Positions 29,341-39,254 are shown, counted from the first letter of the stretch. The stretch: 64,000 nt of DNA from Polyangiaceae bacterium (GCA_035549735.1 DASZQI010000100.1:77165-141164), one strand, 5' to 3'. Numbers and translations: made by a program. Notes: generated by a model not told the origin, from the sequence alone.

Positions 29341-31092
29341 ATGAGCTCCGAACAAGCCGACAAGCCCGAAACCGCGACCGGCGGTGCCGGCACTGAGGCG
29401 ACGGCCTCGATCGAGCCGAACGCAGCTGCCGCAGCTGCGTCGCTGGCTGAGCCGTCTGCGATCGCAACTCCGACCTCCGACGAAGCAACGTCGAGTGACG
29501 GCGAAAGCGCCGACGACGACAGCGACGGCGAAGCGTCCGCCAGCGACGGTGAGTCGAGCCCGCCGGGCGCCGCAGCCGAGGGCGGCGAAGGCGCTGCAAA
29601 GAAGAAAAGGCGCCGAAAGAAGCGTAAGAAGAAGCCGGAAGGCGCGGCCGAAGGCGAAGCGCGCGACAATCACCGCGCGCACCGCGCCAGTGAGCGCGCG
29701 CCGTTTCATGTCGGCGAAGAGGTGTTCGGCAAAGTCACCGCGGTGCTCGAAACCGCGGTCATGGTCGACCTGTCGGGCAAGGCGCTCGCGATCTTCGATC
29801 GCAGCGAGATGGAACCGGACGATCTGGTGCCGGCGGTCGGCGATCGCCTGGTCGCTCGCGTTCATAACGATGGCGCGCGGGGCGGCCTCGTGGTGCTCAC
29901 GCGCAAGCCGCTGCGCGAAGACGAAACCAAACCGAAACTCGAGCAGGCCTTCAAGGCGGGCGAGCTGGTCTCCGGCCTGATCACCGGCGCCATCAAAGGC
30001 GGCGTGGAGGTCGACATCGGCGGCGTGCGCGCGTTCGCGCCCGCGTCCGGAATGGACCTGCACCCGGCTCAGGCGAACTTCGTCGCGCTGGTCGGCCAGC
30101 GCATGGATTTCAAGCTGGTCAGCTTCGACAAGGGCGGGCGTGAGGTGGTGGTCACTCGCCGCCCCATGCTCGAGGTCGAGGCGCACGAGCGACGCAAGCG
30201 CGCGCTCGCGTTGCTCACCGACGGCCAGGTGCTCAGCGGAGTGGTCCGCACGGTAGTCGAGTGGGGCGCGTTCGTCGCGCTGCCCGACGCCGAAAATCTG
30301 GAAGGCCTCGTGCACGTCTCGGAGGCCAGCCACGACCCGCGCACGCCGCTGGCAGAGTTGGTGCGCCCGGGGGATCGCTTCGACGTCAAGATCATCAAGA
30401 TCGACGAGAAGGGTAAGATCTGGCTGAGCCGCAAGGCGCTGGTCGAAGATCCGTGGGCCGAAGCGCGTCAGAAGTACGAGGCTCGCTCACGCCACACTGG
30501 CAAGGTCACCCGTATGGAGCGCTTCGGCGCGTTCATCGAGCTCGAGCCGGGCGTCGAAGGCCTGATCCACGTTTCGGATTTGTCGTTCGAGCGCGTCGAG
30601 CACCCGAACGAGGTCTTGAAGGAAGGCCAGGATTTCGACGTTCTCATCCATCACTTCGACGCGCGCACCAAGAAGGTCACCCTGCACCCCGCGCCCCCGG
30701 CAGATCGCCCGGCGGAGCCCGCGCAGAAGATCGTCAAGAACGCGATGGTGAAGGCCGAGGTGATCAAAGGGGAGAGCGCAGGCGTCGTGGTGCGCGTGCT
30801 CGGCGTGACGGGGCGCACGGCCCGCGGCTTTATCCCCGCAGGGCAAACCGGCACCGCGCGCGGGACCGATCTGCGCAAAGCATTCAAGCCGGGCTCGATC
30901 ATCGACCTCAAAGTGCTGGACGTCGACCCGCGCTCTGGCGAGCCAAAGCTCAGCATCCGCGGCTTTAAAGAGGATGAAGAGCGTCGCGCTCACAAAGAGT
31001 ATCGCCAGAAGCTCAAGGAAGAGGGCGGCTTCGGCACGCTCGGCGACCTTTTACGCGATAAATTGCGGGCTTCGCAGGAACGCGAAGTCTGA
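29341..31092 (+). CDS. S1 RNA-binding repeat protein (30S protein S1 paralog)
   Basis: Several S1 domains (KGGVEVDIGGVRAFAP.S, WGAFV..EGLVHVSE, FGAFIELEPGVEGLIHVSDLS); C-terminal GFGTLGDLL. Confidence 0.88.
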   Translation: MSSEQADKPETATGGAGTEATASIEPNAAAAAASLAEPSAIATPTSDEATSSDGESADDDSDGEASASDGESSPPGAAAEGGEGAAKKKRRRKKRKKKPEGAAEGEARDNHRAHRASERAPFHVGEEVFGKVTAVLETAVMVDLSGKALAIFDRSEMEPDDLVPAVGDRLVARVHNDGARGGLVVLTRKPLREDETKPKLEQAFKAGELVSGLITGAIKGGVEVDIGGVRAFAPASGMDLHPAQANFVALVGQRMDFKLVSFDKGGREVVVTRRPMLEVEAHERRKRALALLTDGQVLSGVVRTVVEWGAFVALPDAENLEGLVHVSEASHDPRTPLAELVRPGDRFDVKIIKIDEKGKIWLSRKALVEDPWAEARQKYEARSRHTGKVTRMERFGAFIELEPGVEGLIHVSDLSFERVEHPNEVLKEGQDFDVLIHHFDARTKKVTLHPAPPADRPAEPAQKIVKNAMVKAEVIKGESAGVVVRVLGVTGRTARGFIPAGQTGTARGTDLRKAFKPGSIIDLKVLDVDPRSGEPKLSIRGFKEDEERRAHKEYRQKLKEEGGFGTLGDLLRDKLRASQEREV

Positions 31093-31252
31093 TTCGCGCC
31101 GCGGTCCCTTTTTTCTCACGGAAAGGGCCGTTACTTTGAGCCGAACGGCCGGCGCCCCAAGGGCTTCGCTGCTCGATTGTCCAACACTGCGGTGTTGAAC
31201 TATTGTCCCGCCCTTGAGAGCCTGCTCTGCGGGTTTTGGACCCGACGCGCCA

Positions 31253-31837
31253 ATGTCGGAACGGACCGATCGCGAACTCGTCGAGGCTGCCCAAAAGGGA
31301 GACGCGGAGTCTTTTGGCGTCCTGATGCGCCGCCACCAGCGGCGCGTGTATCGCCTGGCGCTCCATTTGGTGCGCAACAGCGCGGAAGCGGAGGACGTGA
31401 CGCAGGACACGTTCGTCCGTGCCTACGGCGCGCTCGATCGCTTCGATGGCCGGAGCGAACCGTTTACCTGGATCTACCGCATCGCGGTGAACCTCTCGCT
31501 GAACGCGATTCGCGCGCGCAAGCCGAGCGAGCGCGCGAGCTCTCCGGACGATCCGCGCGTCGAGTCGCTCCTGGTCGAGCGGCGCGCAAAGCTTTCGAGT
31601 CCCCAAGCAGCCAGCGAAGACAAGGAGCTCGGGCTGGCGTTGCTGACGGCGATCGACTCACTCAGCGAGATCCTACGCACCACGCTGGTGCTGGTGATCA
31701 TCGATGGCCTGCCCCACGCCGATGCGGGCAAGGTCTTGGGTTGCAGCGAGGGCACCGTCGCTTGGCGCATCCACGAGGCGCGCCGGCGGTTACGAGAGCA
31801 CCTCGCCCAAAACGGCCATGGAGATGTTGATGGCTGA
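31253..31837 (+). CDS. ECF sigma-70 factor (RpoE-like)
   Basis: DRELVEAAQKGD, AEDVTQDTFVRAY, FTWIYRIAVN, GCSEGTVAWRIHEARR. Confidence 0.93.
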   Translation: MSERTDRELVEAAQKGDAESFGVLMRRHQRRVYRLALHLVRNSAEAEDVTQDTFVRAYGALDRFDGRSEPFTWIYRIAVNLSLNAIRARKPSERASSPDDPRVESLLVERRAKLSSPQAASEDKELGLALLTAIDSLSEILRTTLVLVIIDGLPHADAGKVLGCSEGTVAWRIHEARRRLREHLAQNGHGDVDG

Positions 31838-33203
31838 CGAGCCTCGTCTGTCAGAACGCGCCGAGCTGTTGCTCGGGAGTTTTCCGGTTCCTGAACGCGA
31901 TTGGGAGGCGCAAGCCCGCGCTGTCGAGACGCGGCTCTCGGCGGTCACGCCGGGCAGCACCGAGGAGCGCTGGCTGGCCGCGCCGCTGCCCGAGGGCCCT
32001 GCGGACAAGGGCGCATCTACCGACACGCCATTTCCGTTCGCAGCCATGAGCTCAATCATCGAGGCGGCGCCCTCGGAGCCGCACGCGGTTCCCCCCGCGG
32101 CCGCCCCGGCAGCCGCAGCGCCGGTGGCCCCAGCGGCCCCCGTTGCCCCGGCCGAGGCGGTCGCGCCGGCCGCGACGAGCACTCCAGTGCCGAGCTCGGG
32201 AAATTCGCAGAGCCTGTCCGCGCTCGCGCGCTCGGTGGCGCAGAAGGCGGGCCGCGCGCAGGCGCCTCGTGACATTGCGCGCGAGAGTTTGTCGGTCGCA
32301 GCCGCCGCGCGTTCGCAAAGTGACGCGATCGTCGAGCGCGTGCGCGGAGCTCGTCCCGCGCCGCCTCCCCCGCCCTCGCAGCGCCCAGTCCGAGCTAGCG
32401 AGCCGACGCGCGCGCCTGCGCCAGCGCATCAGAGCAATCAGCAACTCGGTCCGTGGATCGCGGTTGGCGGAATCGGCATCGCAGCGGCCGTCGCGCTATG
32501 GGTGTTTGCGCGGCCGCCAGCGCCGACCGCTGCCCCGATCGCGGCCCCTGCCGAGCCGGCCGCGCTCGCTCAGCGTGCGCCCGCACCAGCTATCGAGCCG
32601 GCACCGGTCGCCCCTGCGCAAGCTACGCCGAAGCTCGACCAAGACTCGAGCGCGCTCGCCAAGGCCGAGAGCCCGAGCACGCCCTCCACACTCGCCGCGT
32701 CCGCGCTCCCGCTCGCGCCGCGCGCCGGGCTGCCGGTGGGTGCGGCCGCTCCGCGTAGTGTCGAGGGTGCTGCCGCGCCGGTCGGGCCGGTCGCGGGCAC
32801 CACGGCGACCGCTCGGCCCGCGCCCGAGTCGATTGTGCTCGAAGACACGGCCGCGCCCGGCAAACCCGCGACAGGCAGCAAGGCGGGTGCGAACCCGACG
32901 GCAAGCGGGCTGCGTCCCGCGGCCGGCTCTCCTTCTGGGGGGCTACCCGATCGGCCTTCGACCGGTGCGGTGCAAGCCGCGGTCGGCAGTGTGATGGGCG
33001 CCGCTCGCGCCTGCGTGGCCGGTGGCGTTCCGACGCCCGCACAGGTCACCTTCGGTTCGGACGGCACCGTCCAGTCGGTCACCGTGAGCGGCCCGAACGC
33101 GGGCACGGCCGCGGCAAGCTGCATCGACGGCGCGCTACGCCGCGCGCGAGTCGCGCCCTTCGCGAGCCCCAATTTCTCGCTGATGGTCTGGGTTCGGCCT
33201 TAG
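31830..33203 (+). CDS. Putative anti-sigma membrane protein, Pro/Ala-rich, with C-terminal AgmX/PglI-C (TonB-C-like) domain
   Basis: Overlaps the sigma stop; TM WIAVGGIGIAAAVALWVF; C-terminal AV..AV..V...ARAC...VTFGSDG.V..V.V......SCI..ALRRARV.PF. Confidence 0.65.
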   Translation: MADEPRLSERAELLLGSFPVPERDWEAQARAVETRLSAVTPGSTEERWLAAPLPEGPADKGASTDTPFPFAAMSSIIEAAPSEPHAVPPAAAPAAAAPVAPAAPVAPAEAVAPAATSTPVPSSGNSQSLSALARSVAQKAGRAQAPRDIARESLSVAAAARSQSDAIVERVRGARPAPPPPPSQRPVRASEPTRAPAPAHQSNQQLGPWIAVGGIGIAAAVALWVFARPPAPTAAPIAAPAEPAALAQRAPAPAIEPAPVAPAQATPKLDQDSSALAKAESPSTPSTLAASALPLAPRAGLPVGAAAPRSVEGAAAPVGPVAGTTATARPAPESIVLEDTAAPGKPATGSKAGANPTASGLRPAAGSPSGGLPDRPSTGAVQAAVGSVMGAARACVAGGVPTPAQVTFGSDGTVQSVTVSGPNAGTAAASCIDGALRRARVAPFASPNFSLMVWVRP

Positions 33204-33258
33204 GGCGTACTCCCGCGGAGATGGCCCACTGCTGCCTCGAACGAATCGGGGCAACCGC

Positions 33259-35118
33259 TCAGCGAGGCGGCGGGCACGTCCCGCAGTTCACGACGTTGCC
33301 GCAGCCGTCACCGACCAGCCCGCAGAGCGCGCCGATGCTTTGGCACGTCTCCGGTTTGCAATCAGGGGGCGGCGGAGGCTCGCCGATGCACGCCCCGAGG
33401 TCGAAGATCATATAGAGCAGGACCTTCTCCTGATTGGTCAAGTTGCCCGTGCAGTGCGCGGGAAACACCGCGCTCGACGTGGTTCCGATGCTCACGTGAA
33501 AACCGCTGTATGCAACTCGTCCGCAGACGGCGTTGGCTGGCGCGCCGTACGGCGTATTGAACGAGAACTGTTGCACGCGACCGTTGCCGTCCTCGCGAAA
33601 AACGAACTCCTCCGAGGAGGTGCCCAGGCCCGTATTTTGGCTGCGGGGCTCCTGAATCGTAAAGTTGTTCATCGGTGGTGTGACGACGTTCTCGGCCGCC
33701 ATCCACTGCGCGAAGTTGTCGATGCGCGGGCTCGCGTTCGGACGACCGATCGAAATCACTCCGTTGCCAGTGGTGGACTGGCCGTCGGCAGTGGTCGACC
33801 AAGTCGCGGCCGGACCGAGCCCAGTCGCGATGGGAGCCGCAGGGTCGAACGTAGCGGTGCCATTCTGATCCAGCCACGTGAACCCCAAGTGGCTCGCGAA
33901 CAGGCGCCCACCCCGGTTCACGTACTCGCGCACGTTTGCGCCGGAGGCAGTGCGCTGCGTGCCGGCTTCGTCCCAGCCGGTGCTCTCGCAGTCCGCGATG
34001 ACGAAATCGTACGAGCTTAGTTGCGCGAGGTCACCGTAAAGCGTGGTGTCCGCGGGCGTCATATCGTCGATCCGCGCACCGGAGAGCGCGTCGGCTTTGC
34101 CGCCCCCGTTCTGCAGAGGGGCGCCGCGGTACAGCTGGACATGCGGAACGGCCGGGCCCGCGGGAGCCGGGTTACCGAACTCATTGTGCGCAAGGCCCAT
34201 CTTTTCGAGCACGCACTCCATCGCGTCGACCTCGCCGGTGGTGACGGCGATTCTCGGAATGTTGACGGCTATACCGTCATCACTCGCGCGTGGCAGGCGC
34301 GTCGGATTGTCCGGCAGAGTCGCGGGCAAGGTGGTGGTCGCGCACGCCGCCGTCGCCGGCAGGCTGTATTTCACGACCCGGCGAAACTTACCGACCTTCA
34401 CGGCCAGCAAGAATTCGGTTCCGACCGGGATCGCACCTTCCAGGGTGAAGCGCCCGGTGGCATCGGTGACCGTGCCGATCAGAGTCGGACCGAGCTTCTG
34501 GTCTTCGCAACGGTCGCAGCTGGTTCCGCCCGCCGGGATGCCGGCGGTCATGGCAGGGAGCATCGCGGGGTCATTGCTGCGCAGGATGTACACGACCGCG
34601 TTCGGAACGCCGACCTGATTCATGGTGTCGGTGTCCGAACGTCCTGGAGTAATGACTCGGCCAGTCAAGCGGGTGGGCGTTCCCTGAGCCTTGCAGTCTG
34701 GAACTTTGGAGCAGACCTCACACGACTCGAAGCCGGTCACGCATTTGGCGGGCATGTCCTTACCGCCGACGCACGCTTCGAGCGCGCCGCACGCGCGGCC
34801 TTCATCGGCGCAGTTGGTGATGTTGCCGCACGAGTTCACGAATGAGCCGCACGCCCAACCCTTCTCCGCGCACGTCTCTGCTTTGCACTGGGTTTGCCCA
34901 CCGATCGAAATTCGCCCGCCAGTCGTGGTGCTAGTGCCACCGCTGGTGCCTCCCATCGCAGTGCTTCCGCCGCTGCCGACTCCACCGGACGTGGCCGCGC
35001 CAGAGCTGCCGCCGGAGCCGAACGAAGATGTAGTGCCTTCCTTGCTATTGCCGCACGCAGCGAGCCAGAACGGCAGCAATAGGCTTACTCGACACGCCCC
35101 GTTCACGGCCCTGAACAT
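33259..35118 (-). CDS. Myxobacterial lipoprotein with Cys-rich ends and a carboxypeptidase-regulatory-like domain
   Basis: Lipobox LAAC; Gly linker; TDATGRFTL, GKFRR, IAVTTGEVDAMECVL, CGRVAYSGFHV, QEKVLLYMIFDL. Confidence 0.7.
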   Translation of the reverse strand: MFRAVNGACRVSLLLPFWLAACGNSKEGTTSSFGSGGSSGAATSGGVGSGGSTAMGGTSGGTSTTTGGRISIGGQTQCKAETCAEKGWACGSFVNSCGNITNCADEGRACGALEACVGGKDMPAKCVTGFESCEVCSKVPDCKAQGTPTRLTGRVITPGRSDTDTMNQVGVPNAVVYILRSNDPAMLPAMTAGIPAGGTSCDRCEDQKLGPTLIGTVTDATGRFTLEGAIPVGTEFLLAVKVGKFRRVVKYSLPATAACATTTLPATLPDNPTRLPRASDDGIAVNIPRIAVTTGEVDAMECVLEKMGLAHNEFGNPAPAGPAVPHVQLYRGAPLQNGGGKADALSGARIDDMTPADTTLYGDLAQLSSYDFVIADCESTGWDEAGTQRTASGANVREYVNRGGRLFASHLGFTWLDQNGTATFDPAAPIATGLGPAATWSTTADGQSTTGNGVISIGRPNASPRIDNFAQWMAAENVVTPPMNNFTIQEPRSQNTGLGTSSEEFVFREDGNGRVQQFSFNTPYGAPANAVCGRVAYSGFHVSIGTTSSAVFPAHCTGNLTNQEKVLLYMIFDLGACIGEPPPPPDCKPETCQSIGALCGLVGDGCGNVVNCGTCPPPR

Positions 35119-35535
35119 TGCTGTATGGTAGTTTGCAGATGCGTTTGGTTCAACTGGCAGTCGTTGATTCGATTCGAACGCAGTGTGTCAAACAGCGGTT
35201 TTCGGCGGCGCGATCTCCGCGAGTGTTTTTGACGACTCGTGTGAAAGATTTGGTGCGTTTTGTCGAGGCTCGCGCAACGCGCTGCGCGCGCACGCGCCGA
35301 GTCGTCACCCAACCGTTATGCTCTTCAAGTACCCAGTTCGCTCTCAACATCTGCGCTGCGATGACCCGGCGAGACGCGCGACCCGCCGAGCGCTCGCCTG
35401 CTCGTTTCCGGAGCAGCCAGACGACAAACCTCGTGATTAGGCCCTGGCGAGAAGGCCTCGAGTCGTGGAGACTCTCGCCTCCAGAGGGGATTGGCCCGGC
35501 AATTCGGGCTCCCTACTGCAGAAATAGGGACCGCG

Positions 35536-35564
35536 TTGACAAGCGGGGCCCCTTCGCTCATAGT
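35536..35564 (+). promoter_or_regulatory. Sigma70-type promoter for the small ORF-rpsT unit
   Basis: TTGACA (35536-35541), 17-bp spacer, CATAGT (35559-35564). Confidence 0.7.
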
Positions 35565-35629
35565 CCCCGCCCTTCCCCGGCTCGGGTCACGGGCCGGTCA
35601 ATTTCTCAAGAGAGTACAAGGGCATCCCG

Positions 35630-35797
35630 ATGGTTTCCTCGACCCGCCAAACTGAGCGTCGTCGCGCGATCAATACGAGCCGCGCCGGTCGCTTGAACAA
35701 GAAGGCGCGCGTTCGCGCGGGCACTCCTGCGTTTCCGGTGCATCCGGAAGGCTATCCGGCGACCGCTGCGGACGCCAAAAAAGTAAAGCAATCCTGA
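35630..35797 (+). CDS. Small basic protein, 55 aa (not in the ORF track)
   Basis: MVSSTRQTERRRAINTSRAGRLNKKARVRAGTPAFPVHPEGYPATAADAKKVKQS; preceded by AAGGG; lies between the promoter and rpsT and ends 16 bp before rpsT. Confidence 0.7.
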   Translation: MVSSTRQTERRRAINTSRAGRLNKKARVRAGTPAFPVHPEGYPATAADAKKVKQS

Positions 35798-35813
35798 CGG
35801 AAGACCCAAGAAC

Positions 35814-36080
35814 ATGGCGAATCACGCGTCTGCAGAGAAACGAAACCGACAACGCATCGAACGCACGGTGCGAAACCGCGCCATCACCAGCACGGTGCGC
35901 ACCGCAGTGAAGAAAGCCCGCGCCGCAGTGGCCGGCGGGGACTCGAAAGCTGCCGCTGAGACCGTTCGTGCCGCGAGCCGCGCACTTGCGCAGGCCGCCA
36001 GCAAGGGCGTTTTGCACAGCCGCACGGCCGCGCGCGTTACCTCGCGCATCGAATCCGCGCTCGCGAAGCTCGGCCGCTGA
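35814..36080 (+). CDS. rpsT: 30S ribosomal protein S20
   Basis: MANHASAEKRNRQ...RTAVKK...AASKGVLH..TAARVTSR. Confidence 0.97.
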   Translation: MANHASAEKRNRQRIERTVRNRAITSTVRTAVKKARAAVAGGDSKAAAETVRAASRALAQAASKGVLHSRTAARVTSRIESALAKLGR

Positions 36081-36098
36081 GGCCGCTGCCCGCGCGCC

Positions 36099-36128
36099 CA
36101 CGAGCGGAGCCTTCGGGCTTCGCTCGTG
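36099..36128 (+). terminator. Stem-loop downstream of rpsT
   Basis: CACGAGCGGAGCC-TTCG-GGCTTCGCTCGTG: 13-bp stem with a cUUCGg tetraloop; no U-tract. Confidence 0.7.
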
Positions 36129-36195
36129 ACGCGGATCCTGCCGAAATTGGCGGGTGGCGCGCGAGTTCTTGGAAAACGCGCTAGGCTAGTCGGCC

Positions 36196-37554
36196 TTGAG
36201 CAGCGAGGTCGCGGCAGCGCCGGAGCCCGAAGAGGGCCTCGTCGGTCGGGTGATCGCCGGTAAGTACCGGGTCGATCGCCTTCTCGGCCGCGGGGGTATG
36301 GGCTCGGTCTTTCAGGCCACCAACCTGTCGATCGGCAAGCGCATCGCGCTGAAGTTCTTGAATCGCGACGCAGCGCGCGATCCGGACGCCACCGAGCGCT
36401 TCCAGCGGGAGGCGCTGGCCGCGAGCGTGGTCGAGAGTTCCCACATCGTCCAAATCTTCGACTCGGGCACGAGCGAAGACGGCCTGCCCTTCCTGGTCAT
36501 GGAATTGTTGAGCGGCGAGGATCTCCGCGCGCGCTTGAGCCGCGAAGGGCGCTTGCCGGTCGAAGCCGCCGCCGCGGTCGCAGTTCAGCTCTTGCGCGCG
36601 CTGGTGCGCGCGCACGCTGCCGGCATCGTGCACCGCGATTTGAAGCCGGACAACGTGTTCCTATGCGAGCGCGATGATGGCTCGCTGTACGTGAAGATCG
36701 TCGACTTCGGCGTGTCCAAGCTCGCTCGCTCGGCCAAGCTCGACACGCTCACCGGTCGCGGAACGGTGCTCGGCACCGCCTTTTACATGTCGCCCGAGCA
36801 AGCGCAGGCGTTCAGCGACGTCGACGGGCGTACGGATCTCTTCAGCGTGGGAGCGATCCTGTACGAGTGCCTGGCGGCGCGCCCGCCGCACGTGGCGCCC
36901 ACCTACGAAGCGGTCTTGATTGCGATTTGCACCAAACAGGCCGAGGACATCCGCAACTTCGCGCCCGACGTGCCGCGCTCCCTCGCGGACGTCATTCATC
37001 GCGCGCTCGCGACCGATCGCAGCCAACGCTACGCGAGCGCACAGGCCATGCTTGACGCGCTGAGCGCCGCGCTACCGAGCGCGATGCTTCCGCGCACCGA
37101 TTCGTCCGCGCACGGCTTCGGGGCCAGCTCGCAAGACGCGGTCAGCGGCGAGCTCTCCACCTTCTCGAGCACCTCACGCGCCCCGTCCGTGCAACGCACG
37201 CATCGCGCGCGCACCGCGGTCACGGCGGGCATCTTCGTGTTGGCCGGCTTCGCGGTCGCAGCCTGGTGGGCGGGCTCGCAGCGGAACGTTCCGGCGCCGG
37301 TCAGTGTTTCGTCCAGCGGTCCTAGCGCGCCAGCATCCGCCGTGCTGGTCGCTGCACCGACGCCTTCCGCGGCGGTCACGCCGGTTTTGAACGCTCCCTC
37401 GGCTGCGCCGCCGGCCCCTCCGAGCGTGAGCGCTGCCCCCGCGAGCGCAACGGCGGCCAAACGCAGCGCTCACGGCGTGCCCCGCGCACAGCCTAAAGGG
37501 CAAAACCCCAAGGGCGTCGGGCAAGGCCTCGAGCTCAGCACCCGCGAGCCCTGA
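36196..37554 (+). CDS. Membrane Ser/Thr protein kinase
   Basis: LGRGGMGSVF, IALK, HRDLKPDN, DFG, YMSPEQ; TM and Pro-rich tail. Confidence 0.95.
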   Translation: MSSEVAAAPEPEEGLVGRVIAGKYRVDRLLGRGGMGSVFQATNLSIGKRIALKFLNRDAARDPDATERFQREALAASVVESSHIVQIFDSGTSEDGLPFLVMELLSGEDLRARLSREGRLPVEAAAAVAVQLLRALVRAHAAGIVHRDLKPDNVFLCERDDGSLYVKIVDFGVSKLARSAKLDTLTGRGTVLGTAFYMSPEQAQAFSDVDGRTDLFSVGAILYECLAARPPHVAPTYEAVLIAICTKQAEDIRNFAPDVPRSLADVIHRALATDRSQRYASAQAMLDALSAALPSAMLPRTDSSAHGFGASSQDAVSGELSTFSSTSRAPSVQRTHRARTAVTAGIFVLAGFAVAAWWAGSQRNVPAPVSVSSSGPSAPASAVLVAAPTPSAAVTPVLNAPSAAPPAPPSVSAAPASATAAKRSAHGVPRAQPKGQNPKGVGQGLELSTREP

Positions 37555-37619
37555 GCGAGAGCCGAACCGCGCCCAGCGTTGTTCCCAGAAGCCGCGCGAC
37601 TTGATACACCTTTTCGCAG

Positions 37620-39149
37620 ATGGTGAAAGGTGTCTGGGCCGCTGCCGTCGCTATCGCGACACTGCTGATCGCGCCGGCGCGCGTGTCCGCAGAGCCGAGC
37701 GGCGAAGCGCAGCCCAGCGCGAGCTCGACACCGCCCGCAGAGCCGAGCGCCGCTGACGCCACCGCCAGCGCACGCCGACACTTCCACCTCGGGGTCAAGC
37801 TCTACCGCGACGCCAACTACAAGGGCGCGCTCGCTGAGTTCGAGGCCGCCTACCGCGACAAGCCCGGACCGGGCTCGCTGCAAAATGTGGCGCTCAGTCT
37901 CAAGGCGCTGTTTCGCTATGCAGAGGCCGCCGGGGCTCTTCGCCTGCTGCTCAGCAAGCACGGTGAAGAGCTGAGCGCTCCCGAGCGTGAAGCGATGGAG
38001 AAAACGGTCCTCGAGTTCGAGGGTCTGGTCGGCAAGCTCGAGCTTCAGCTGGAACCAGCGGAAGCCGAGCTCAGCATCGACGGCCGCGCGATTCCGCGTG
38101 AAGAGCGCGCGCACGCCATCCTGCTCAACGTGGGCGAACACACGCTGCTCGCGGAGGCCCCCGGCTTCGCGCGTCATACGCAGGTCGTGCGCGTCGCCAG
38201 CCAACAAGAGCTGCGCGTGGCCCTGCGGCTCAAGCCGGTTTCCGGCTTCCTCACGGTCATCGCCAGCGATCCCAAGGCCGCCATCGCCATCGATGACGAA
38301 CCTCTCGCGTTCCACCGCTGGTCCGGTCCGGTGCTGCCGGACGTGGAGCACGTCGTACAAATCTATCGCGACGGGTTCGAGCCGTTCGAGCAGTCGGTGC
38401 GCGTGGAGGTGGGCAAGACCGTGGAAATCAAGGGTGAGCTCGGTGCAGCGAGCGGCGTGGTCGACGAGCACACGCCGCTGCCCGCAAGACCCGCTGCGCC
38501 CCCTCGCCCGCGTGGCTCGGCCGGCTACTACGGCTTGGTGGCTTTGAGCGTGGTGGGCCTCAACGACACCCCGTTGAACTACGAGGTCAGCGGCACCAGC
38601 GCGAACATGTCGCTGCCGAGCTTCGGCCTGCGCGGCGGCTATCGTCTGTCCGATTCGATCGCGGTCGAGCTAGCCTTCGACGCCGGCCGGCTCGAGGCCA
38701 AGGGCGCCTGCCAGCCGAACCCACCGTCGGCCGCGGAAAATGCTTGTTGGGCCAAGCGTGATTTTTCGCTCCGCTCGCTGCGCTTCGGTCCCAACCTGCG
38801 GCTCATGACCGGCGGCGAGAAGCTGCGTTTCGCCACGGGCATCGGTGTCGGTATCGTGAGTCACAAGCTCGAAGTCCAGCCTGCCACCTCCGCCGGCTCT
38901 ACCAGCCCTGACTTGCAGGGCGGCAAGGCCAATAGCGTGGACGCCTATTTCGCGCTCGAGCTCGGCGCGGCCTACAACTATCGGCATTTGCTGGCGGAGC
39001 TCGCGGTGATTGCGTTCATCGAAGGAGCGACCGGCCTGCGCGGCGCCTTCGACACCGACGAGCAACGCGCCGTTTTCAGCGATGGCACCCTGCCCATGCT
39101 CGGGCTCACCCTCAAGGTGGGTTACAGCAGCTGGGCTCCCAAGCGCTGA
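37620..39149 (+). CDS. TPR + PEGA domain exported protein with barrel-like C-terminus
   Basis: Signal peptide; ARRHF..GV.LY...Y..AL.EFE.AY; two PEGA-like repeats; follows a kinase, as is typical in myxobacteria. Confidence 0.8.
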   Translation: MVKGVWAAAVAIATLLIAPARVSAEPSGEAQPSASSTPPAEPSAADATASARRHFHLGVKLYRDANYKGALAEFEAAYRDKPGPGSLQNVALSLKALFRYAEAAGALRLLLSKHGEELSAPEREAMEKTVLEFEGLVGKLELQLEPAEAELSIDGRAIPREERAHAILLNVGEHTLLAEAPGFARHTQVVRVASQQELRVALRLKPVSGFLTVIASDPKAAIAIDDEPLAFHRWSGPVLPDVEHVVQIYRDGFEPFEQSVRVEVGKTVEIKGELGAASGVVDEHTPLPARPAAPPRPRGSAGYYGLVALSVVGLNDTPLNYEVSGTSANMSLPSFGLRGGYRLSDSIAVELAFDAGRLEAKGACQPNPPSAAENACWAKRDFSLRSLRFGPNLRLMTGGEKLRFATGIGVGIVSHKLEVQPATSAGSTSPDLQGGKANSVDAYFALELGAAYNYRHLLAELAVIAFIEGATGLRGAFDTDEQRAVFSDGTLPMLGLTLKVGYSSWAPKR

Positions 39150-39254
39150 GCAGAAAAAGCGGAAATTTACGGGCCCGGCGCGCGTCCTTTCTCCTCGCCC
39201 AAGCCGAGTGCCCGGGGGTAGGCTGTCGGACCGACGAGCCCAGGGGAACGAATC

